From contig JAPLZK010000003.1 in NCBI GenBank assembly GCA_026395055.1, forward strand, positions 278,379 to 342,378: DNA of 64,000 nt, read 5' to 3'. Each line of letters starts with the position of its first letter. The stretch's first letter is position 1. The stretch is from Candidatus Uhrbacteria bacterium. GTDB taxonomy: Bacteria > Patescibacteriota > Patescibacteriia > UBA9934 > GWF2-40-263. The translations under genes and the position numbers were made by a program. The notes beneath the pieces are model-generated. The model was not told the origin of the DNA and did not search any database. It saw nothing but the letters and a program-made list of their open reading frames with translations. Shown in pieces: positions 37,389 through 47,160 of the stretch.

Positions 37389-39029
37389 TTACGATTTCTT
37401 TCCACCTTTCTGCATCGCCGCTTTCACAAACGCTTTAAACAACGGATGTGGACTGAGCGGACGGGACTGAAACTCCGGATGGAATTGAACTCCCACAAAA
37501 AATGGATGGTTCTTCAACTCCACAATCTCAACGAGATCTTGTTCTGGATTCACACCTGAGATCACAAGTCCTGCTTTTTCGAGAGCGGCGCGATATTCAT
37601 TATTAAACTCATAACGATGACGATGACGTTCGTCAACAAGTGCGGCACCATAAGCGGATCGAGCTGTTGTGTTTGCTGAGAGTTTGCAGGGATACGATCC
37701 AAGACGAAGCGTTCCGCCGTATTTCATGTCTTTCATTTTTTCTTCTTGTCCTGCGAGCAAATGAATAACCGGATGTTTTGTTTTTGGATTAATCTCCGTC
37801 GTGTTTGCATCTTTCAACTTCAAAACATTTCGCGCGTACTCGATCACGGCACATTGCATCCCATAACAAAGTCCGAGGTAAGGAATTTTGTTTTCGCGAC
37901 AATACCGAATCGCCTTGATCTTTCCCTCGATCCCTCTTGAACCGAATCCGCCAGGAATCACAACTCCATCAAGTTCGCTTAGTTCTTTCAACTTCGCAGG
38001 TGATTTCTCGTACGCTTCGGAATTTAACCAAACCAACTTTGGTGTACGACCATTCGCCCACGAAGCATGCTTAATTGCCTCGATCACCGAGATGTACGCG
38101 TCCGAAAGTGTAAAGTCACCCGTCGAGAAGTATTTTCCGATCACACCAATTTTTACTTCCCCTTTTGTATTCGCAATCGAGGTGAGAAGTTTTTTCCACT
38201 TCACGACTTTCTTTTCTGGCAATTCTTTCATGCCAAACGATTTCAAAATCTTATCGCCAAAACCTTGTTTTTCAAAAACAATAGGAATTTCGTAAATAGA
38301 TTTTACGTCGGGAGAACCAATCACCTGATCTGCATGAACATTCGAGAACATCGCGAGTTTTGCCTTACGAGGCTCGTCAATCTGCAACGTTGAGCGTGCA
38401 ATCACAAAATCTGGGTACATTCCCGCAGCCATCATCGTTCTCACCGCTTGTTGCGTTGGCTTTGTCTTCATTTCTCCAAGTGAACCTGGAACCGGCATGT
38501 AACTTACAAGAATGTTTCGAACATGGTTCGGATACTTCATGCGCATGAGTCGAGCCGCCTCAAGAAACAAAATGTTCTCATACTCTCCAACCGTTCCGCC
38601 AATTTCAATCAAGGTAAAATCTGCATTTGCGCGTTCCGTTGCGTTCTCAATTCTCTCGATGACCTCGTTTGGAACATCAGGAACAACCTGAACCGTTCGG
38701 CCTCCGTAACCGAGATTACGCTCGCGTTGAATCACACTTTGATACACACGACCCGTTGTCATGTAATTGATCGAAAGAATGGACGTCTCAAGAAATCGCT
38801 CGTAGTTTCCAACGTCTTGATCTGTTTCGTCTCCGTCAACGGTCACAAAAACTTCTCCATGTTCAACAGGATTCATGGTTCCGGCATCCACGTTAATATA
38901 CGGATCGATTTTAATCGCCGTAACTTTATAACCTTTTTCTTGGAGCACGCGTCCAAGAGAAGCGGTTGCCGCACCTTTTCCAACACCGGACATGACACCA
39001 CCAACAACGAAAATGAATTTGTGAGGCAT
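37389..39029 (-). CDS. pyrG: CTP synthase
   Basis: MPHKFIFVVGGVMSGVGKGAATASLG... GATase C-terminal domain with catalytic Cys (LGLCYGMQ). Confidence 0.92.
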   Translation of the reverse strand: MPHKFIFVVGGVMSGVGKGAATASLGRVLQEKGYKVTAIKIDPYINVDAGTMNPVEHGEVFVTVDGDETDQDVGNYERFLETSILSINYMTTGRVYQSVIQRERNLGYGGRTVQVVPDVPNEVIERIENATERANADFTLIEIGGTVGEYENILFLEAARLMRMKYPNHVRNILVSYMPVPGSLGEMKTKPTQQAVRTMMAAGMYPDFVIARSTLQIDEPRKAKLAMFSNVHADQVIGSPDVKSIYEIPIVFEKQGFGDKILKSFGMKELPEKKVVKWKKLLTSIANTKGEVKIGVIGKYFSTGDFTLSDAYISVIEAIKHASWANGRTPKLVWLNSEAYEKSPAKLKELSELDGVVIPGGFGSRGIEGKIKAIRYCRENKIPYLGLCYGMQCAVIEYARNVLKLKDANTTEINPKTKHPVIHLLAGQEEKMKDMKYGGTLRLGSYPCKLSANTTARSAYGAALVDERHRHRYEFNNEYRAALEKAGLVISGVNPEQDLVEIVELKNHPFFVGVQFHPEFQSRPLSPHPLFKAFVKAAMQKGGKKS

Positions 39030-39072
39030 AGAAAAAAAGTAGAGAGTAGGTAGGTGAAAGGGAAAACAGAAC

Positions 39073-39175
39073 CAGGGAGCGAGGGGTTGTTCAAATACAT
39101 TGGCGAGAACGCTTTCGGTGAGCCCGTCTGCGGTGGTCTTCTGAAGGGCGGGCTGCTCTCGCAGCCAATGTATTT
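39073..39175. repeat. 22-bp perfect inverted repeat element in the pyrG 5' leader
   Basis: GGGGTTGTTCAAATACATTGGC ...59 nt... GCCAATGTATTTGAACAACCCC, with additional internal pairing GAGCCCG/CGGGCTG. Confidence 0.6.
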
Positions 39176-39204
39176 GAACAACCCCGAGCGGACACAGAGC
39201 ACAA

Positions 39205-39236
39205 CACAAACGAAAACAGAGTTGAAAAACTCTGTT
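39205..39236 (-). terminator. Terminator of rplI
   Basis: AACAGAGTTgaaaAACTCTGTT hairpin followed by a U-rich tract on the minus strand. Confidence 0.5.
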
Positions 39237-39241
39237 GGGGT

Positions 39242-39685
39242 TTAAACACCTTCGATCGTAAGTCTGACTTCTGCATCAAAGTTGAATGGAAGTTCAATTG
39301 TGAGAGTCTTTGTTCCCGGGCTCTTAAGAGGCTCGGAAAGCTGAACCATCTCTTCATCAATATCAAAACCTTCTTTTTTCAAAGCTTTCGCAATCATCTT
39401 TTTTGTAACCGCAGCATAAAGCACACCGTCATCATTCACCTTTTCTTCAAGGGTGATCTCATAGCCATCAAGTTTCTCTGCAACTTTTCCCATAGCCACA
39501 ATCGCCTTTTGCGACTGTTTCTTCGCAATGGTCTCGCGTTCCTTCATGTTTCGCAACGCTTCTTCTGTTGCGGGCACAGCCAAATTCTGTGGGAACAAAA
39601 AGTTCTGGGCGTGTCCGTCAGAGACTTCCACGACCTGATCTTGCTTACCAAGGCTTGCAACATTCTCAAGGAGAATCACTTTCAT
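39242..39685 (-). CDS. rplI: 50S ribosomal protein L9
   Basis: MKVILLENVASLGKQDQVVEVSDGHAQNFLFPQ... classic L9. Confidence 0.9.
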   Translation of the reverse strand: MKVILLENVASLGKQDQVVEVSDGHAQNFLFPQNLAVPATEEALRNMKERETIAKKQSQKAIVAMGKVAEKLDGYEITLEEKVNDDGVLYAAVTKKMIAKALKKEGFDIDEEMVQLSEPLKSPGTKTLTIELPFNFDAEVRLTIEGV

Positions 39686-39700
39686 ACGCTCCGCAGTATA

Positions 39701-40168
39701 TCACATGAGTTCTTTTAGATCTGCGAGGATTTCATCCACATGCTTGTCTGGCTTTACATCCTCGTAAATCTTTACGATTTTCCCTTTTGGATCAATGAGA
39801 AACGACCAGCGGTTCGTTCCCATGTATTCTCGGCCCATAAACTTCTTCTTTCCCCACACTCCGTAGGCGTTGACGAGTTCCTTGTCTTCATCTGCAAGAA
39901 GCGTGAATGGGAGTTCGTATTTCAAAGCAAACTTCGAGTGGCTTTTTGCTGAATCCACACTTGCACCAAATACAACCAGGCCAAGCTTTTTGAACTTTGG
40001 AAAGTTATCACGCATCGAACAAGCTTCCTTTGTGCACCCTGGTGTGTCGTCCTTTGGATAAAAGTACAAAAGAACCCATTTCCCTTTTTGATCTTTCAGT
40101 GAATGCATCGCTCCGAGCTGGTCGGGCAATGCGAAGTCTGGAGCTTTGTCACCAAGTTTTAGTTTCAT
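39701..40168 (-). CDS. bcp: Thiol peroxidase / peroxiredoxin (Bcp, AhpC-TSA family)
   Basis: GDKAPDFALPDQ...VLLYFYPKDDTPGCTKEAC. Confidence 0.8.
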   Translation of the reverse strand: MKLKLGDKAPDFALPDQLGAMHSLKDQKGKWVLLYFYPKDDTPGCTKEACSMRDNFPKFKKLGLVVFGASVDSAKSHSKFALKYELPFTLLADEDKELVNAYGVWGKKKFMGREYMGTNRWSFLIDPKGKIVKIYEDVKPDKHVDEILADLKELM

Positions 40169-40198
40169 ATCAAATAAGTTTAGCACAATAAAAAGCAA

Positions 40199-40230
40199 CC
40201 CATTACCGGGTTGCTTTTTATTTTATATAT
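40199..40230 (-). terminator. Hairpin between the DUF378 gene and bcp (terminator/attenuator)
   Basis: AAAAAGCAACCC attacc GGGTTGCTTTTT. Confidence 0.45.
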
Positions 40231-40358
40231 CCAGCCCATAAAACTTCTTAAATTGGATGTATCGCGAAGTGCTGGAGGCAAAAAAATGTTGAAACGTATT
40301 CACATACGTTGAAACAATTTTTTGCCGAAGCACGAGCGAGGCGCCAATTTTAGAAGTT

Positions 40359-40574
40359 TTACTTGCAAGCTTTACAAGACTTCTTCATAAGCATGGCGAC
40401 TGCCGAGAGACCGACCAAGATGTAAATGATCTTTACGAGCATTGGCCATGCGCCAAAAAGCACTTCAACAAGGTTCCAGTTGAAAAGACCAACAAGACCC
40501 CAGTTAAGACCACCGACAAGAAGAAGCCACCAAGCTCCGCAATGCACGCCGCACTTTTCGCCTTTCGAGAACAT
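40359..40574 (-). CDS. DUF378-family small membrane protein
   Basis: GGLNWGLVGLFNWNLVEVLFG...IIYILVGLSAV signature. Start at MFSKGEK. Confidence 0.6.
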   Translation of the reverse strand: MFSKGEKCGVHCGAWWLLLVGGLNWGLVGLFNWNLVEVLFGAWPMLVKIIYILVGLSAVAMLMKKSCKACK

Positions 40575-40749
40575 AAGAAAAAAATTAGGAATAAATCTCA
40601 AAACTAAAGATATTTTATCAAGAAATGCCAAAGTCGTCGCGTGCTGTGGATAACCATAGGTCAAGAAGAGTGTGGATAAAATCAAAATAACGAAAGACAC
40701 CTCGCGAAAATAGGAGATAAACGGTAAGATGTGAAAAATATATTTTTCT

Positions 40750-42033
40750 ATGAACATCTCCTCAAAAAATTCAGGAATCAGTGCAAATCAGCAAAAGCCC
40801 TTTGTGAAACAACTAGAACCGTATCGCAAACATCTTGCGGACATTCATAAGAACGGTGGATTCGACCAACTTGAAAGCTCCATCAATCTTCCATTTTCAA
40901 AACACATCGATCAGATCCTGGCAAAAGCAAAAGGGTATCAAACAAAAACACTGAATACGGTTGTTGTCATTGGAATCGGCGGATCCAACCTTGGAACACA
41001 AGCAATTTATGAGGCGCTTCCAAAAAAGAACGTGGAACTTTTATTTCTTGATACGGTTTCAAGTTCGCATTTTTCAAATATTCTCGAGAGACTCACAAAA
41101 ACCCACAAAAACAAAAAACAGTTTTTGATCGTAAGCATCAGCAAGTCAGGCGGAACGGCAGAAACCATCGCAAACACAGAAGTTCTTTTATCTTCCCTCA
41201 AGAAATCGTATGGGGATGTTCGCGATCGCCTGGTCGTGATTACAGATGAAGGTTCCAAGTTTCATGACGAAACCATTAAACAAAAAATCGATTCACTTAC
41301 CCTCCCAAAAATGGTTGGCGGAAGATTCAGTGTTTTTTCGGCTGTGGGACTCTTTCCTCTTGCAGTTGCGGGTTATGACATACGCGCATTATGCCGCGGC
41401 GCAAAGTCCGCAATAGAAGATGGAACTTCCTCGATCACCACAAAAAACATCGCCATGTCTCTTGCAATCACCACACATCTTCAACAAAAAAATGGATTCA
41501 ACATTCATAACTCTTTTTTCTTTGCTCCAGAACTTGAATGCCTTGGGAAATGGGAACGCCAACTCATTGGCGAAAGTTTAGGAAAAGAATTTGATCGCAA
41601 TGGAAAACGTGTAAACGTGGGGATCACTCCAATTGTCTCAATCGGTTCAACAGATCTGCACTCGATGGCCCAACTCTACTTTGGTGGACCACGCGATAAA
41701 TTCACGACGATCGTCTCGATAAAAGACATGCATCGTCACTTTGTTCCAAAGCAACAACTCTTTCCAACGCTTGTTGAGAATCTTGCGGGAAAAACACTCG
41801 CAACCCTTATGGAAGCCGTTGTCGGTGGTGTTGTTGCGGCCTATCAAAAATCCAAACTCCCCTTTGTGGAATGTGTATTTGATAAACTCGACGAACTCTC
41901 TCTCGGAAACTTCCTACAAATGCGTATGTTGCAAATCATGTATCTTGGAGAACTTATGAACGTGAACGCGTTTGATCAACCGAATGTGGAGGCGTATAAG
42001 GTAGAGACGAAGAAACGACTACAGAACGCATAA
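40750..42033 (+). CDS. pgi: Glucose-6-phosphate isomerase (PGI family, short form)
   Basis: VIGIGGSNLGTQAIYEAL SIS motif. About 427 aa. Confidence 0.75.
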   Translation: MNISSKNSGISANQQKPFVKQLEPYRKHLADIHKNGGFDQLESSINLPFSKHIDQILAKAKGYQTKTLNTVVVIGIGGSNLGTQAIYEALPKKNVELLFLDTVSSSHFSNILERLTKTHKNKKQFLIVSISKSGGTAETIANTEVLLSSLKKSYGDVRDRLVVITDEGSKFHDETIKQKIDSLTLPKMVGGRFSVFSAVGLFPLAVAGYDIRALCRGAKSAIEDGTSSITTKNIAMSLAITTHLQQKNGFNIHNSFFFAPELECLGKWERQLIGESLGKEFDRNGKRVNVGITPIVSIGSTDLHSMAQLYFGGPRDKFTTIVSIKDMHRHFVPKQQLFPTLVENLAGKTLATLMEAVVGGVVAAYQKSKLPFVECVFDKLDELSLGNFLQMRMLQIMYLGELMNVNAFDQPNVEAYKVETKKRLQNA

Positions 42034-42049
42034 ACAGAAATCACGCCTT

Positions 42050-42940
42050 ATGAACCAACCTTTCTTTTCGATCATCATTCCAACCAAGCGTCGTCCAAAA
42101 GAATTAGAAGATGTTCTCAAGGATTTTGCCGCGCAACACATGGACCCAAATTTATTTGAGGTTCTTATTTTCAATGACGAACATGATCTTGCAACCGAAC
42201 GACTCGCTCAAAAAGCTTGGCCGTTTCGCGTGCAATACTTCTTCTCGGACGAGAAAACAAACTCTTGTCGCAGTCGGAATATTTGTCTGGATCACGCAGA
42301 AGGTGAATGGATTGTCTTTTTAGATGATGACGTGCGTTTTGATAAAACATTTCTCACGTGGGCAAAAGAGCAATCAAACATTTTTTCTTTCTTCACTCCA
42401 AGAATTATTAAACCTCCGGAAAAAACAACAAAAGCTGGAATCGTAAAACTCGCAACACAAACACTCTGGCTCGGAAGAACGATGCCCTTGTTTGGTTTTT
42501 TTATTGCGGGGTTTGATCTCTTGAAATCAAAACCAACACGAACGGATCATTTACCAGGAATCATGATTGTAAAACATGCGCTCGTAAAAACCGTACGATT
42601 CGATGAATGGATTGGGGAAGGAACGGGCTATCTTGATGACACAGATTTTAGTCATACGGTTCAAACCAAAAATAAGATTGTTCCCTATTTTCTTTCCACA
42701 TTCACTATTCTGCATCTTCAGGCGTCATCAGGTGGCAACAGAGAGCACGATGTTAAACGTTGGTATTATTATTACCAAGCCCATAAAGTGTATTTTTTTC
42801 GCAAGCACTTCCCATTCACTACTCCCTGCGTCCTTCTTTGGAGTTTTATAGAATGCTGTCTACGTTGCGCACAAAAACGCACCAATCTTCTTCCAACCTA
42901 TGTCCGAGCAACACGAGATGGACTGGCTCAAGCTGTCTAA
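42050..42940 (+). CDS. Glycosyltransferase family 2
   Basis: FSIIIPTKRRPKELEDVL...FLDDDV (DxD). Confidence 0.75.
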   Translation: MNQPFFSIIIPTKRRPKELEDVLKDFAAQHMDPNLFEVLIFNDEHDLATERLAQKAWPFRVQYFFSDEKTNSCRSRNICLDHAEGEWIVFLDDDVRFDKTFLTWAKEQSNIFSFFTPRIIKPPEKTTKAGIVKLATQTLWLGRTMPLFGFFIAGFDLLKSKPTRTDHLPGIMIVKHALVKTVRFDEWIGEGTGYLDDTDFSHTVQTKNKIVPYFLSTFTILHLQASSGGNREHDVKRWYYYYQAHKVYFFRKHFPFTTPCVLLWSFIECCLRCAQKRTNLLPTYVRATRDGLAQAV

Positions 42941-43982
42941 CATTTTTATTTGGCAAGGTGGATGGAAAGGCGGTGCAGAAACCGTCATGTTTGAAATAGC
43001 AAAATTTTTGAAGGAAACCCACAACATCACCCCAACTCTCGGTCTTTTTGAAGGCAATCTAGATTCCACACAACCGTTTCCACAAATAGAAGTGAAAACG
43101 ATTTTTCCGAAACACCTTGTTGCCTATAATAATATCGCCGCTCCCATTTTATCACGCAAGCAGCTCGAGCCATTTGATCTGATTATCACACATGAAGGGG
43201 GATTTTGGAAAACAAAATCCAATCATTATATCTATCGCGAACCAGGCGATCTCTTTCGATTATTTTCCGCCCTCCCGTTCAAATCAAAAATAGGCTACGC
43301 CATTCCCCTCCTCGCATCCCTCTACGGCTTACACACCGCCGATATTCCTATTGCTGCATCTTACAAGGCAGAATGGTTTTTCAAGAAGGTGCATGTCCCC
43401 TTCCTCATTCGTAGTTCAAACTTCATCGATACAAAAATCATTCCCGTCGCAACAAAACGTTCACACACAAACACAGAACCATTTGTCCTCACGTTTATTG
43501 GACGAGACGATAAAATAAAAAATCTCGCCTGGTTAGAGCGAGCTTGTTCCAATCTCCCGTCGTCTATGAACGTGCATCTACACGTATTTGGCGTAAAAAA
43601 ACAGGACACACAGAACATCACCTACCACGGCTGGGTTGAAGAACGAACAATATGGCAGTTCTTACAGGACCAAACACATGCGTTTGTGCTCTCCTCTCTT
43701 TTTGAAGCAAGCCCTCTCGTTCTCTTGCAAGCTCTTGCGTGTGGTATACCCTCTCTCGTAAAAACATCCGCGTTGCCCGACGAACTCTCGTCATTCGTTT
43801 TACCGTTCAATTCTGAAAAGGATTTTATAACAACACTTCAGAGCCTCATCGAAAACTACGAGGAGCATGCGCAAAAATCCTCTACGAACGCTACCACTGT
43901 TCGAACAACATACGATAAGCAAACCGTTCTTACCGCAGAGTTCGTAGCCATTGGACAAAAGATTTTGGGAGAACATCTGTGA
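42900..43982 (+). CDS. Glycosyltransferase family 4 (GT-B, group 1)
   Basis: C-terminal FVLSSLFEASPLVLLQALACGIPSL (EX7E-like region). Confidence 0.7.
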   Translation: MSEQHEMDWLKLSNIFIWQGGWKGGAETVMFEIAKFLKETHNITPTLGLFEGNLDSTQPFPQIEVKTIFPKHLVAYNNIAAPILSRKQLEPFDLIITHEGGFWKTKSNHYIYREPGDLFRLFSALPFKSKIGYAIPLLASLYGLHTADIPIAASYKAEWFFKKVHVPFLIRSSNFIDTKIIPVATKRSHTNTEPFVLTFIGRDDKIKNLAWLERACSNLPSSMNVHLHVFGVKKQDTQNITYHGWVEERTIWQFLQDQTHAFVLSSLFEASPLVLLQALACGIPSLVKTSALPDELSSFVLPFNSEKDFITTLQSLIENYEEHAQKSSTNATTVRTTYDKQTVLTAEFVAIGQKILGEHL

Positions 43983-44742
43983 ACCCCATGAACACGAGCG
44001 GAAAATCTTTAAAGGGATAGCGCATTTCTCGAAACACAAACCAGCGCGCCCGCGTGACATTCACAAGACGTTTCAAAACATTGCGTGTGCGCGTTAAACT
44101 GTTTGCGTGAACACGGTAGGCAACGAGCGTCTGAGAAATATTTGCGACGTGAGAAATCTTCATGATGTTCACACACATTTCCCACTCAAACCCAGGCAAA
44201 AACGTCTCTCGATAATTCCCCGCAGCCCGCAAGACGTCTGCGCGATACATAATCGTGCTGTGTACAAATGGATTGAAACGAATAAGCACACAACGAATGT
44301 CTTTGTCCTCTGTCGGAGCAGAAATGATTTCGTGTAAATCATTTCCTTCTGGATCAATCATGTTTGCAAACGCTCCAACCATCCCAACATCTGGATGTTC
44401 CTCTAAATATCCGTACTGAATGCGCAAACGATTTGGAACAGAAATATCATCCGCATCATTAATGACAATGTATGCACCGTTCGCGAGACCTATTGCTTTA
44501 TTCAACGCAGGAATTCTTCCAAGTCGTGTATCGTGAAAAACTTGGAATCGTGCGTCCAACGCTTGATATCGATCGAGAATAGACGCTGTACGATCTGTAG
44601 AACCATCGTCCACAATAACGGCTTCCCAATCCGATTCCGTTTGATGCAAGAACGACAAAAGTGTTTCTTCTAGAAATGCATCGCCGTTAAATACGGTGAC
44701 AATAAAACTAAAACGTGGATGAGATTCAGAAGTCATAAACAA
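43930..44742 (-). CDS. Glycosyltransferase family 2
   Basis: FSFIVTVFNGDAFLEETLLSFLHQT...VIVDDGSTD...VINDADD. Confidence 0.75.
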   Translation of the reverse strand: MFMTSESHPRFSFIVTVFNGDAFLEETLLSFLHQTESDWEAVIVDDGSTDRTASILDRYQALDARFQVFHDTRLGRIPALNKAIGLANGAYIVINDADDISVPNRLRIQYGYLEEHPDVGMVGAFANMIDPEGNDLHEIISAPTEDKDIRCVLIRFNPFVHSTIMYRADVLRAAGNYRETFLPGFEWEMCVNIMKISHVANISQTLVAYRVHANSLTRTRNVLKRLVNVTRARWFVFREMRYPFKDFPLVFMGFTDVLPKSFVQWLRTLR

Positions 44743-44747
44743 ATCCT

Positions 44748-45671
44748 ATGCTGCACGATGAACTTAAACAATCCGCAAAGAGCCTGACGTCTTTTCTTGA
44801 AACACATCTGACGAAAAATGGATTCTCATCCCGTACCTTTTATGGGGAAATCTTCACTGCCGTTGCTAGCCAATATTGTGATTCAGATCGCCAGATTATA
44901 CAAGACGCGCTTTCTGGACATCAAAAAAAACTGCTCGAATCGGAGGATGCAAGGAATCATCAAGAGTTTCATATCTACGCTTATGCGCTCCTGAATAAGG
45001 CAATTCGTACATCTCTTCCAATCCCGAACATCCATTTTTCCCATACGATCCGTGCCAAACCAACAAACTGGATTCTTTTGAGAGGTCTTGCAAAAATTCG
45101 ATTTGGATCTGCATTCGATAAATGGTTCTGGAAAAAAATCCTCCCGATTGTTATTCGTGTAAACGATCGAGATGGATTTATTCTTGACCGGGGTATTGGT
45201 GCATTGATGCGTGGAGAAGAAAAAGAATCTCATCTATCAGATCAATATCAAGCATTCATGCTCGTTGTCCTCACAGATTTATATGAACTTACACACAACC
45301 CATTTTATCTAACAACCTTTCGTAAGGGACTAAACGCACTTCTTGCACACCAAAAAGAAACCGCGGAAGTCATTCGATTCGGTCGTGGTCGTGGACAAAT
45401 TTTTGGATACGGATCACTTGTGTACGCACTCAGTTGGTCCCTCACACAGGATGGGCCGAATTCAAATGAAACAGCACTCCAAAAAACATGTGCGTATCTT
45501 TTTTCCTTTCAAAACGAAGACGGATCCTTTCCGCTTGTCTTAACAAAGGGGGATGATCCATCGCTCTGGGAGAGTTACAATAATCTTTTTGATTATCTTC
45601 CCTTTCTTGCCGTCATGCTTTGGCGTTCTTCTGTCGTATTATCAAAAAACGGAGAACGTTTTCTTGCGTAA
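44748..45671 (+). CDS. Hypothetical protein, possible alpha/alpha-toroid glycan-modifying enzyme
   Basis: QNEDGSFP motif reminiscent of (alpha/alpha)6-barrel QxxDG repeats. Otherwise unassigned. Confidence 0.4.
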   Translation: MLHDELKQSAKSLTSFLETHLTKNGFSSRTFYGEIFTAVASQYCDSDRQIIQDALSGHQKKLLESEDARNHQEFHIYAYALLNKAIRTSLPIPNIHFSHTIRAKPTNWILLRGLAKIRFGSAFDKWFWKKILPIVIRVNDRDGFILDRGIGALMRGEEKESHLSDQYQAFMLVVLTDLYELTHNPFYLTTFRKGLNALLAHQKETAEVIRFGRGRGQIFGYGSLVYALSWSLTQDGPNSNETALQKTCAYLFSFQNEDGSFPLVLTKGDDPSLWESYNNLFDYLPFLAVMLWRSSVVLSKNGERFLA

Positions 45672-46333
45672 AAAAAGAGGTGGTACGAAAAAATTCCAAA
45701 CTGTCTTGAAAATTCCCATTGAGAAACAACCTTTTGGAATCGCGTAAGAGATGGACGAAAAAACGGTCGTAATGGATACGTAACAAGAAACACCAACTGA
45801 GACAATCCCATTCCGCGACGTTCGAATTGAATAGAAACAAAATCATCATTTAATAATTCGCGAATTTCACGTACAGAATAGTGATGATTTTTTGGTTTTT
45901 GAAATCTCAATCGAGACATGATGTTCTCTGTACTCAAAAAACAAAACATTCCCGTATACGGAACCGATCCAACAAATAATCCATCCGGTTTCAAAACCCG
46001 CGCAATTTCGTGCGCTGTTTTTTTATCTCCCCCTTCTTTCCCTTTTAAATATTCGATGACATCTAAACACAACGCTGCGGAAAACGATTGATCTGAATAT
46101 GGCATCTGACGCATGTCACCAAAAATGACAGCGTCTTTCATTGTAGGTATCGATGCGTACACACGTTCAATTGCTTTCGCATCACCATCTATTCCCGTGA
46201 GATTTGAAAAACCATCTTGAGAAAGCAATGTCAGCAGCTCACCGTATCCACATCCAACATCAAGAATGGGCAGAGACTTCTCGTCATGCAATTGTTCGAG
46301 CAGGCATTGTTTTGCGCGATCAGATCGATCCAT
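45593..46333 (-). CDS. Class I SAM-dependent methyltransferase
   Basis: ILDVGCGYGELLTLL motif I, then LKPDGLFVGSVP. Confidence 0.7.
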   Translation of the reverse strand: MDRSDRAKQCLLEQLHDEKSLPILDVGCGYGELLTLLSQDGFSNLTGIDGDAKAIERVYASIPTMKDAVIFGDMRQMPYSDQSFSAALCLDVIEYLKGKEGGDKKTAHEIARVLKPDGLFVGSVPYTGMFCFLSTENIMSRLRFQKPKNHHYSVREIRELLNDDFVSIQFERRGMGLSQLVFLVTYPLRPFFRPSLTRFQKVVSQWEFSRQFGIFSYHLFFYARKRSPFFDNTTEERQSMTARKGR

Positions 46334-46341
46334 AGGATACC

Positions 46342-47160
46342 TTAAACGGATTTTTGTTTACGACAATAAAATGCTCGATGAACAAAAAGACATTTCTCAT
46401 TTGGCAAACCGTAAACAGAATATCCAAATAAGCCCATAAAATTGAAAAACACTTTTTGTGGACCCATGTTCTGACGAATCTTTCGCAAGAACGAAACCTT
46501 CTCAGGCTTTCCTTTTGTTTCTTCATTAATCCAACGTGTTTCCTCATCAAGAGAAATTGCACGCTCAACATGAAACCCATTTCCTTCTATGATCTGTTGA
46601 TATTGTTTTTCCGTATATTGATGTGGGTGCGGTGGATCCAAAATAATATTGAGTTTGGAAAAAACAAATCGAACCCAAGAAACCGTATGGCAATTCAACG
46701 TAAACACAGCCACACCATCACCCTTCAATAAATCTAACGTGCGATGAAGGGCAACGGGGATATTTTCCACATGATCTAATGAGTTAAATCCTAAAACCAG
46801 ATCAAATGGTTGTGCGGCCACAAATGTTTCCATTTGTCCTTGCTGATAATCGGCGTAATAATTTTTCAAAAAAGGAAAATGCTCGATGTACTCATTCATG
46901 AGCGAATCTAAGCAGGTCAACTGACATTGATCTGCAATTTCCAAAACAACTCCGGAAGGACCACATCCAAAATCCAAAACACGTTGTTCTGCTCGTAAAT
47001 GCTTATCAGGAAAAATTTTTGCAAATAATTTATGCCAAAACATCTTCTTCAATCGAAGATACTCAGGCGTATTCAATTTTTTTTCATGCTGAATCCAACA
47101 ATCACTTTCTTCTTTTTGCGCACTGAGCCAACGCTGCTTCATTCCCATAGAACAAATCAT
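46342..47160 (-). CDS. Class I SAM-dependent methyltransferase
   Basis: VLDFGCGPSGVVLEIA motif I, then LLKGDGVAVF. Confidence 0.7.
   Translation of the reverse strand: MICSMGMKQRWLSAQKEESDCWIQHEKKLNTPEYLRLKKMFWHKLFAKIFPDKHLRAEQRVLDFGCGPSGVVLEIADQCQLTCLDSLMNEYIEHFPFLKNYYADYQQGQMETFVAAQPFDLVLGFNSLDHVENIPVALHRTLDLLKGDGVAVFTLNCHTVSWVRFVFSKLNIILDPPHPHQYTEKQYQQIIEGNGFHVERAISLDEETRWINEETKGKPEKVSFLRKIRQNMGPQKVFFNFMGLFGYSVYGLPNEKCLFVHRAFYCRKQKSV

Noticed and set aside
39054-39245. 63-aa ORF (and a mirror ORF on the minus strand) translating to GLFKYIG...PMYLNNP upstream of pyrG
   Set aside because: Both strands give the same peptide because the DNA is a 22-bp perfect palindrome. It is an inverted-repeat artefact, not coding.
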